In this document: piece after piece, positions 27,401-39,400 of the stretch
How the letters are laid out: each line of letters begins with the position of its first letter
How positions within the stretch are numbered: position 1 is the stretch's first letter
DNA from: Phoronis australis
Lineage: Eukaryota; Animalia; Phoronida
Assembly: GCA_002633005.1 (NCBI GenBank)
Contig: NMRA01000249.1
Coordinates: forward strand, 258,073-322,072
Reading direction: 5' to 3'
DNA: 64,000 nucleotides
Position numbers and translations under genes: made by a program
The notes under the pieces: generated by a model
What the model was told of the DNA's origin: nothing
The model's input: the letters and a program-made list of their open reading frames with translations, nothing else
Database searches by the model: none

Positions 27401-30400
27401 ATGACGAGAACTAAACGAAGATCCGATTCTGGACAGGCTACAATGCAATCTCTACAGGCTATTTTCTCACTGAGTTTGTTACCTTTCCACTACTTCCAGA
27501 GGTGACTCACGAGTGGTCGACACTGCTGGCAGTCATTATGCAGCCGAGCCAGCGGAAGAGGTTGGTTGTTGGCGAAGCACTGTTTGAGAGAGTCCTGGAA
27601 GAAATCGTTAAAGAATGCACCTAGTTAGAAACCATCAGATGTGAGGCTGCAGAGTCAGCAGATAAAGCCTGTTACAGCCACAGCAAATCCAGAATGGCCG
27701 AGATCACACACATTCACAGAATGGGAGGCCCAGACATTATCCAGTGTCATGTTTAAGTCCGTTATGAACTGTCTACATCAATTCGAAACCATCCTATTAT
27801 TTGCGGAGCCATCTCGAATTGATAATTTGACTCTGCATCTCCAGGCTGCTAATGGAATGACCATCAGGATTTCTTTCCTAATTTCGTTGCATCAAGTACA
27901 GAAGACTGTGAGCCAGATACATTGCTAATATGCTAGATTTAAGAATCAACCGCACCGGCTGTACTTGGACCGGGCAACTTACCAGTCGCTAAAACTGCAA
28001 TCCCATTTGTGCAAACCACCATTGTGAACACTGCAACACAATGATAAAAGTCCATATTTTGAACTGACCGCTAATTCCATCAGTGCCAATATCAGGTGGA
28101 GATTCTTCATGGCAACTCCAGAACTTTCCTGTCTATCTAGTCATTTCAAGAGTCAGTTCAGCAGTGAAGCAGGCACTCTGACCTGTGACCCAGTCAGATC
28201 AATAGGGGTATCGATACCATAGACAAGATTATACGTGCCACACTCAGCCACGGCAATTCAGCAACAGTGCAGGGTTACCAACTGTACAACATGATCACAC
28301 ATATGCCAATGTCTCTGAAGAGTATGTACCAAAGACCTTGTATGCTGATAACACAGGTGTACTGTACGAAGGTTACGTTTCTAAGAGAATCAATGGAAAT
28401 GGGAGCATTGGATCACAGGTCAAAAAGGTCAACAATAAAATGTTCATGTCTGGAAACAAGTAGGCAACATTGAAATTCTGTGACAACACCGTTGATTTCA
28501 AAGAGACGTGGGGCCTGTATGACAGGCTGCTTGGACTTGTCAGGTCAAACAGACAAATCGACATACATGTACCACTATGAATTTATCCTAACGCCAAGAG
28601 CATTCTTTACTACCAGTGGGAAAATGATGACATGTACTGACATGTCGAAGCTCATCTACCTCCCGCATAATATTTCAGAAACAGACGCTTTAGAGCAGGA
28701 CAGGCCTCAAGCTGCATGAGAAACAGAAAACATGGAAACGACATCCACTGAGTGTGTTCAGCCAAGCCACGAAAATGCATCTTTGGATAGCATTGTAGTG
28801 GTTCAAAAGCTAATCAAGAAGCCAGCAACTGTGATTACACTCAGTAATATCAGAAAATGGCTTTGTGACATGGTGAGGTTCAGAATTATGACGAGATCAG
28901 TATCGTTTTAGACACCTACATGTACAAAGACAACTGTTTGAAACAAGTCACAAGAGAAAAAAAGAAGACAAAAGGATGATGTACAGTTCTAGATACATGT
29001 AAGAGATGAGAATAACATCAAGAATATCCCAATGAGCCGTATCCTCTCCCAAGACGAAAGAAAGGCTCACAAGTGACTGATTATCTGTCTCCAAACATAC
29101 TTGAATTCAGCAAAGACTGTGTCAAGGGAGTATTTATTTTCGCTTCAGGATTTAGAGAGCAACAGATTTCGTCTACGCTTAAACGGAAACAACCTCCAAG
29201 AAGCAGTACATTGCCAATACATCATGCAGTGCTGACATCACATCGAAAAGTGCCTGATTCTCAGCTGATATGTTTTTCACCAGAAACAGATGTACTGGTA
29301 CTCGTCATTGTCTATTATGACAGGCTTCTCAGATATACTTCAGTCTCCATGGCATGTGGGATTGTGGACGTAAATCCAATATGGACAGCATTCGTCGCTG
29401 CCCGGGAAAAGGCTCTACAGTCTTCCCATGCCTTTACAGGGGCACAAAACACTGCTCGTTTCCTCTGGATAGGCAAAGCAACATGGTTGAACATACGTAT
29501 TTGAAGGCGGACAGTGATGTTGTCAGTGCAATGCAGGGTGTTTGTACTGCTTCTGAAGTAACAGGTGAATTTGTGATCACATGTGCTAAATACTCACCAC
29601 AAGGTATCGACATACATGTAGAGAGTTTCCCTTAGTCGAGCTTGTTCCTTCTCTGCAAACATATGGCTGACAGCGACAAACTTCCAAAAACCATTGTTGC
29701 TTCAAAACAGCGTGTCCTGAGGGTGTTTATTTTAGCAAAATATCTCTTTGTTTTGCCATACCAAAGAAGGAGATTGGCTTTGTCCTGTGAGAGAAAAATC
29801 TTTTTTTAATAACTTTGAAACTGAAGGGAAAATGCTTTGATATTAACATAAACTCAACACAAAACATAAATACCTGGGGAACAGTTTGAATTCTGTTTAA
29901 GTGGCACATAACCACTTTTACAAATGCAATTTAATCTGTTTTTTGCGTTATGTGCAAATTTAAGAATAATTTTTGATAGCCCTACACCTGAAGCCTGTTC
30001 AAACCACGCGCGCTGTCCTAAGTGCAATTCCAACTTCTGAAATTATAACCGTGTCAGATTGGTGTCAAAAACAAATGAAAAACCTATCACGCAATATAAA
30101 CTAAGCTTATTTCTTACTGTAACAGCTTAGAATCGTTTTAGTTGCTCAATTACTACTTTAAATATTAAAAGTCACGCCAGACACCATCTTGTTTTTCTAG
30201 CTAACATGCTACTGCGAGTGGTGAGAGTTTACGAAGCGACCGCTCGCGTAGCCCGCGGCCGCGATCCTTACTGTGCAGGCTTCTGGTGCATCATTAACAT
30301 CGCTTAGAAGGTGATTTTGTGGTTGACGGCATTGAGACTGACTTATGCACTCTCAGTAACACTTGTTACCCGTAGGTCTTGGCGCCGGAATGGTGATTGC

Positions 30401-33400
30401 TTCTGGTCTACTGTCTCTCTACTACAACGTGCTCATTAGCTGGGCCATATATTACCTGGTCAGGTCGTTCACCGATCGACTTCCTTGGTCCACCTGTGAC
30501 CCCGAGTGGTCAAACTGGCGTAAGTGAAACGCAGAATGCAAATACGTTGAAGAGTTTTCCCAGTTTGGTTAGTGCATCGAGAGCCCCGCAAACTACATTG
30601 GATTCGTTGCCTAATTTTAGTCCTCCCCTCTTTTCATCAAAATGTTAAGCTAATGTTTAGCTACATTATCAACTACCTCAGTGTCTTTGTTGTGTTATCC
30701 ACAATGCCACGGCTGTGTATGCCGGCGGGACTCTAAAAACATCGACATTTTCCTTAATTCGCGATGGTTGTTTCGTGAAAGATGTTTATAGTATATAAGA
30801 ATCTAAAAATGGGGAAGCATGTCATGAGGCAAACGTCATAGGAGGCTCAAAATCATTTGGTGTGCAATCCTGCTCACTTGTTTTTGATGTCACCATCCAG
30901 TGTATTGTTTAAAGAAAGGGGTCCGAGTCAGTGTTTAAATTTGAACAGTCTGTGAAAGTTTACTTTTAAATTAAACTCACCCTGCAAATTGTTGTGAAAC
31001 AGAAAATATTAGGTAATAAAAATTTGCGACCCCGTATGTTGCATTGTTACTAAAACTCAGATTGATGTTTTCTTCTATTTTAAATGGAATGTTTAAGAAC
31101 GCTTCCAAATTTACGTCTGCCAGCTAGTGTTGAAATTTGGAACCATCATTGCAAACATTGGCCTGGATTCTAATCTGTTTACTCGAAATGGAACTCGAAA
31201 ATATGTTTGACATTTTCTGCTCTACTTTTGTGCGAACTCAAGATAAAGGTTTATTATTCTATGCTCGAGTACATAATGATTTACGTACACAGTTTTAGTG
31301 AAAGTTCACAATTGACAAACCCAACATTAAAGCTAAAAGTTCAACTTTGAACTAGAAAATTCGATTTATTACTGGAATTTGTAACATGAATATAAGGGTC
31401 ATGAGTGCAAACTTGAACTAGAAACTCATATACATGTACATAAACTGTAATGTAATTCAAATACAGTCTTATAACCACTTATTTTGAATTCGCAAAAATA
31501 ATTTCGAGTTCGTTTCTAGTACAAAGATTAGATTCCGCGCCATTGTTGATGTTGCCAACTGTAATCCTTAGTAACCTGACAGTTTCTGTAGCGTTGTCTT
31601 ACTGGGTACACTAACGTTTGGTAATTGTAATTTTTTGTAAAACAAATATATTCAAGTTTGTCTGGACAATCTCCCCGACACCTTCTGCAATGGCACATAC
31701 GATTTTATGAACGAAACCAACGGTGTGTGCTACAATTCAACGCTGGTTGACACACCGGTTGGACTTTGGAACAAGACTTTGGCCGAAGAAAATGGGATTC
31801 GAAGACAGACGCCGAGTCAGCAGTTTTTCAAGTATGGAATTACTTTCATTTAATACTCGTTAATTGTTGTCTCGTTTTTCTTTTTGGTGATTCACAAGCA
31901 ATTGAAATTTCTCATGGAGGATCGAAATTTTCTCCTATTTTTATCTGACTGAGGAAACGGACCTTAAAGGAGTGCGACGGACGTGCCACCTTAAAGGAAT
32001 GTGACGGACGTGCCAAGAGACTTTGAATTTTTGAAGTCCATGAAGTTAGAGGTGTCTGTTTTATATGACGGTTTAGCAGAATGTACTGCGCAGCATTCTA
32101 ATTTTTTATGATATCTTTTGTCAGACAACTCTATGTACATGTAAGTTGTGTTAGTGTGACGGACGTGCGTGACGGACGTAAACTCTGAATTTTCAGTGTT
32201 TAATTGTTTGCTAGGGCTAAGATTTCAATTCAAAATAATTCAAACTTCAGTATTTAGGCTACACTGGTCTTTTGCTACTGATTTATTTTTAATCAAAGTA
32301 CACCGATTGACTTTTTGCATGAAATCATCACCCCATGTAAGCCAGTGCTGGGAATTTACTTTAGGAATTTAATTTCTCAACACATTTGACTAAAGATATA
32401 AAACAACCTCCTAAAATCCTCTTTTCTCTTTGAAGGTGGTAAGCTGTATAGATGAAAATGAGAATTTTAACTATTTTGTATTCCACATCTGATGGTAATC
32501 AGGAAAACTGTTTATACGTTAAGTAGATCTAATACCAATGTGAAAATAGAAAGTAAACGTGACTATCCTAAGCATGAAATGATCATCACTTTAGTAAATA
32601 TTCAGTTTATTATTTATTTTTAAAGGAATTGCCATAAGCTTGAACAAACTTCTCTGGGCCATGTCGATGATAGGATTGATGCATGCCAATGTTAATAATG
32701 AAAGTGTTGTTCAAAAGTATTAGTAACACTATCTTTTTATAACGAACTATGAATCAAACAATTGGTTCAGCATGATTCACTTGACACCGTCGTCTTTTGG
32801 TATTTGAATTTTGATCAAAAACACCGGTGCTGTCTTGCAGTGTTAAGGCAGACTTTAAATTACATTAAATTTAGGATTATGATTAAGGAATAGGTGGAGC
32901 AAATAAAATTATCGCATGTTGGTCATTAGTGATAGGCTTAATTAGCTTTTCATGTAGGTTTTCAATTCAATATTGTCATCTTTTCAATTTTAAAAGAGGT
33001 ATTAAATTAAGGTCGCTTTACAGTTCACGTAGATACAATTAATGAATTCATTTATCAATGATGGCATTTTTTGAGTTTCAGAGAACTTTACCGCAGATAA
33101 TTGTTCCTCTCCCAGTTGCTCCTGGTCTCCAAAAATCCCTCTTTTGTTTCTAATGCTGGTTCAATCTCCTCGAAGCCTAGTAGATAAAAATTTAATCTTT
33201 CTCAAACAGATTGCGACATCGATGTTCTTTTTGCCATATTATGTAAAATGAGACGATGTAATCATTTGATACGAAATCATTTCATGCAAGCGACCCAAGA
33301 CACTAAGAAACACGCAAGTTAATACATGTACATTCACTGAGGGTGTAATAAAATGCTAAATAAAGAAGATCACCGGTTGATACTACTTAATAATGCCCTG

Positions 33401-36400
33401 TAACAAAATAGCATAGAGAGTCAGAGCGAAAATAAGAACATTCCAACAGAACAGCAAATTGGCGGGTATTGTTTTAGTTCTCGTGTTACTTAAACTCCAT
33501 GGCACTCATGAAAATCTTATATACGTTTTGCTTCCAAAGATTCCAAAAACTAAGAAATTCTTTGCAAACATGGGGCACTAAAACAAAAACATTCAGTTTA
33601 TTAAATCAACAATTTGTTTTATTTACATTCTATGAAGTGGTCCAGTTGTCTAACTTTAACAAATTGTTTTCTCATAAGAATAACTAGATGAAACCATAAT
33701 GTACATGTATACCTTCTCAGCAAATACACAGGGAATTGAAAAAGTCCAATGCATGTAGTTTAAATTAGAAGCAAATTCTGTACTTGTCTGTCTTTGTAAT
33801 ATTGTATCGTTTTATGTTCCTAAGTGTGAGAAGAATTCCATTTTCTGCAAGGATGGAAAGTAAAAAAGACCTATGGTTATTTTCAGTGGCTGAAAAATTG
33901 TAGTTTCCTGGATGTGACGGACGTACGTGACGGACGTACAAATTCCCATTGCGTACCTCACGCAATTTCTAACTTAATAAATAATCCCTGGGATCTAAAA
34001 TATGTTGTCCATGTTGTTGAGAAACAAGTTAAAAGAGAATCTGAAATTATTTAAATTTTTATTGAAAACTTCTGACGTGACGAAACCTTTTAGCCCTTTT
34101 TGTGATGGACGTATGGCATCGTGATATCCAGGTGTTGGGGTTTGACCCATAGAGGTAAACGATGCGATACTGGTCAAATGGTTACATTTTTGAAAGCTTA
34201 GGCTACACGTGATTGCACAAAATTTGGTAATATAGCAAGAAACATAAATAGCTTATTTATGACAATAGGTAGTGAGACACATAAAATGGGGTATTTCTTT
34301 AGGGCCTAGTAACCTCCAAAATTGGTTCGATTAGGAAAAATATTGAAAGCTACACTGTATAAGAATTTCAAATTTGAGCCTTGAAACTAGAGAGACGATG
34401 CTTTCATATGACACTGGAAATGTTAATCCAGTAATAATTTTATTTGTTTGTCTCTAAATTGGCCTTTTCACGTGTACTAATTGAGGCCGTCTTTTGATGA
34501 GGTCGCTTTTCGATTGATGTTGCTGGATCTTTGTTTAAGATCCTGACTTTTAGTCACAGTTGTATGAAACAGTCCTCAAGACACATTCAAGTCGTTGGAG
34601 TGAATCATTAAGATATGCGACTGCACGTCTTTGTGCTACTTGATCAGGAATATAGGTAGACATCTGTAAATTGATTAGGGTCTTTGCTTGCAGCAACCGA
34701 CTGTTGAACTTAACCGCCTCGGAGTCCATTGACAACATAGGCGGTCTGCGTTGGGAACTCGTTCTTTGCCTTCTTGGAGCGTGGATGATCGTTTGCCTTT
34801 GTTTGATTCGAGGCATCAAATCATCCGGCAAGGTATTTGGGAAACTGTGCGCGAGTATGTATGTACATGTATGTATGCATGCTGTCCAAATGGCCTTGTT
34901 TCGCGTTATTTCCCGCAGCCTCGTCCTGGGTTGTTACCGTATAATACACTTGTGATGGTTGAGTTTAATTTAAGGTGATAGGCGTAAATTTTTTGTGAGA
35001 TCAGTCTGAGTGCGGAATGGAACCTGAAATTCTCACGTCGCCGCCAAACGATCCTTTAAATTATATAAATACCTAATACACGTTGGAGTATTTTATACAT
35101 GAGCCGAACTGAACTAATAATGTCACCATCCTTGATTTCATCTAATGTCAGGCAGAAAAGGGAGACAAGTGGCGATTTGTAATAAAAAACCCATAACACT
35201 GTAACGGATTTTGTAGTTTTTAGAAGTCTGGTCAATGCCCGAAAACTTCAAAAAGTCAATCTCATTCAACACCAATGCAAAAAAGCGGTTTCCCAACATA
35301 AAAATTATATTGTCCGTATAATATACACTTGTTATTGTCACTTTCACAAAAGATTCTGTTAATGTGCAAACACATTTTGCTTCGATATTTGATTGCACAA
35401 GAATGCAACCAGATTTAATGGCAACAGTAACGAAACCTTACGCTGTGTACCATAATCCTTTGTAAGCTCTAACTTCCGTTCACTAAATTCAATTTCGAAA
35501 TACAAGACACTCACTGTCCGAATTGGTATTCCCTCCTGGCAACACAACCTGATGTTCAGAAGATTTAACTGTTTTTATATGTTTTCACAATGATAAAGAA
35601 ACATGTTAATAAACGCAAGTCTATGGGGTGACAAATCTTCCACCTCGATCCTTGGCGTGATTACTGACACTGGCCCTATTTTGCAGGTCGTCTACTTTAC
35701 GGCTTTGTTTCCCTACGCCGTTCTAATTACGCTCTTCATCAACGGAATGACTTTGAAGGGTATGGAGGAAGGAATCAAATTTTACATCACTCCGAAGTGG
35801 GAAACACTTGCTTCAGCGAAGGTGAGTCAGAATGCACTTGTTTCGGACGCATACGTACTCTGTTAGGTTCTAAGTCCGACTCAGTGTTGTGACAAAACAA
35901 TGAGATCATTTCCAATGAGAACACTTACGTCACAGATCGCGTGGCACAATGGGTTTCAAATTTTAAAAAAAATCATTATATGCACCTCAAAAATGCCGTC
36001 GCATTAACGGAATTAAGGTTAAACATTGCGAATGAATTGATCAAGTTTTCGGTAAGTGTTCTTCCGATAGCAAGAACCTTGAAGTTTGAGAACGACCTGA
36101 TCGAATAGTCTGTAAATTCAGTCAAACATCTACAAATCCAATATAAATTTGTACAAAAAGGAATACAGTTTCTGGAAATAAAAAGCCTGTAGACTTGGTG
36201 TTTAACTTTATCCCAGCCTGTCATAGATTGGTTGACGAGAATACATTTGTATTTCTTTAACAAAATTTACCAAACAATAACGGTACCCTGTACATCCGTA
36301 CCAAATGACGGTATCAACAACGTGGCCAAATTTCGCTAATTGTTGTATAAACTTTAACATAATATCCCCAATAGACCATTGCAGTTCTCTTGGGTATTTT

Positions 36401-39400
36401 TTCAATTCTTGTTTGATGGAAATTTTGAGTTTGTTTCATGAACAACATAAAGGCCCTAACTGTAATTGTAACGTGTCAAATAACGTCGCAATGATGATTT
36501 CCTGAGTTCAGTCATGTAGGGATATCAGTTGCACTCTATTCTGTTCAGGTGTGGAACGAGGCCGCCGTGCAGATATTCTTTTCGCTGTCGACGTGTTTTG
36601 GAGGATTGATTGCGCTTTCAAGTTATAACAGATTTCATACCAATACGTTGAGGTAAGTTTCAAATTACAACAAAATGTCGACGGAGTTTTAACCACCAGA
36701 CAAATGCACCAGTTGCAAATTAAAACTAATTTATTCCTCTTCGCGATTACTCTTAAAACAAGGGCGCACTTCAAAACATTCGCAACGCAAATGAGTTCAC
36801 CACAACGATTCTGAACGAATGAACATAATGTTTTACGTTGCGAGGTTCAACCCATCGTAGGAGATTGAGACTAGTGCGATGAATATAAAACTGCTTAAGA
36901 GTGACCGTACGAAGTTGTTCGGCAGATGGAGAAAATACACTATATTACTAGTAATTTGAATCGAGGCTTCATGAAAAAGTGTGACCGGTGAAATCGGGTA
37001 GGTGGCTGATATGGCTTAGTTGACATTAGGAAGAATTGTGACTAGACGACATAATGCTTTTTAGAATTATGCTTGTGCCCGGGGTCTAATACTATTTATG
37101 GAGACCGAACTCGAAATTATGTTTTGCGTTTTCTTTTCTACTTCTATACTAGCTCAAGATGCGTGTCTGCTATTCTACGCTCGAGTACATGATTGCGGAC
37201 GCGGAAAAGTAGCGCATCATATTTGTATTTTGTACTGAAATAAGTTGTCGCTACCTCGAATACGGGGGTCACCAAATGCAAACTCGAATTAGAAACTCAT
37301 TTGCATAAACTATAATATGCTACAACACGCTTTAGTTGAGTTCTCACACAAGTAGACCGGAACACGCCAAAGAATAGTTTTGAGGTCGATTCCCAGTAAC
37401 AAAGATATTAATCTTGACCCAAGTTGTTTTGTACTATTCATCGGTTTCAGGGATTCTCTTATCGTTACGTTCGGCAACTGCCTCACCAGTGTGTTCGCCG
37501 GCTTTGTCATCTTCGCCTACCTTGGTCACATGGCAGACAAATTAGGCTACACCATCGACGAAGTCGCCGATGGAGGTACGTGTACACTGTACAATAATTA
37601 GATTTAGTGCCAAACTAGTCATATTAATTCCACGGATGTTACCAACAATGACATCAGTACTAACAATGCCGTCACTCTATCGTCTCTACCAACAATCACG
37701 ACTATCATTGCATGGTTGACATATCGTAAGCTCCGGCCCCTTGCGAAATGTCGACAAACAAACAACAAATGTTACCCGGCATCGAGTTTTTTGTCGGGTA
37801 AATAGCGCTGTGGAAACGAAGGTGTGTCAAGAATGCTGTGTTGTGATTGGTTAGTTAAGCCGTCACTACTGGCGATAGGTCAATTATGGTAATGCACGGC
37901 CTGATCGAATAGTTTGTATTTAGCCGAATATCCACAAAAGAATAAATCTTATCTCAGTAACAGTGTACGTTTTAAACGTAAGAAGCATGTAGAGTTTTGT
38001 CAATTTATACAATGCTGCTATTAATTTGGTCAATTGACCATGTCGTTTCAGTAAAATTTAGCCAAAAAGGCACACCCACAGAAAAACAACTGTTCGATGT
38101 ATAACGTTCAAAATGAAATCTCAGAAAACGGCGTTACAAAATTCTAAAGGATCATTTCAGTTTTCGTTTGATGTAACTTTTACACAATTTGTTCCTTGGT
38201 CGAAAATAATCGACGATTCTCCTCTATTCCCTGTATATCAAGTTCAGGAAATGTTCCTGGGTCACGTCCATGTTGTCCTTAAAAACGTATTGATACCAAC
38301 TGAACAAAAACCTGTAATAATTTGCTTGATTTTTCTTGATTCACGTTCTTCAAATTTGATTGCCCATCGTCCAAATGATAAGCCAATGGTTTGCATGTAT
38401 ACAGCGGCGGATCCAGGATTTTTATTTCGGGTGGCCAGGGCAGAGCATTTGCCAGGATTTTTCCCATCACAGATTCGCACCCCCAAACTGCAAAATGGAA
38501 TCTGGGAGATTTTTAGTTTTAGGGAAGCATGGTTCCCTTGCCCCCACCCCCTAAATGCGCCACTGGTTTATGAAGCGAAGTATTCAAATTGAAATGGTCG
38601 TACATGTACAAGCGTTGCTGATCTAAAATGAAGACGATTAGAAATGACTCAGTGTTAGGTCCAGTATGTTTACATGAGCATCTTCTGCCAAGAAAAGTGA
38701 TTTGTCCCAAAACCACCCAACGTTTACGACGTGGTGAAAGGTAGAATGTCCATCAATTTCGTTGGATTCTTTAGACTTTATGCGATCCGCCTAAGATGAA
38801 TGCTGGCGCACAGCTAAATACACAACAAAAACGTAACATGTAATATTGGAAGTGGCGTTTTGCACTGCTTGGTTTTGAAAACATTGTTATGGAATTTAAT
38901 TTGCTCAACTATTTAGAATAGTCGGTGTGATATTAAAAAATAACTAAAATTTGCCAATGACGGCACCAGATTCCACAATTCCTGTGTGAACCTTATAACA
39001 TTAAAATTGATTTTCCCTCCTAATTTCGTTCACAAGTTCCTATGCGGAGCGGTCACAATCTGACTCAGCTAACCCAGTTGAGTATGTGCTTCGAGCCTTT
39101 TTAAACACTGCGTTCATTGGCAAAATCGTATCATAACCCATAAGTTGTAGAATGACGTATTTGACAGATGATATTGCTTGAACTTCAAAACAGAGTTGAC
39201 GAGGTGGCCGAGTGGTTAAGGCGATGGACTGCTAATTCATTGGGGTCTCCCCGCGTGGGTTCGAATCCCATCCTCGTCGTTCTTCTTTTTTGAAATATTC
39301 TGTATACATGTGTGTTGTGTAATTCGCGACATAGACTGACACCTATGATTTTTGTAAGATACGTTATAGTCCTTTTGAATTTGAATCTGTGTGGATATCT

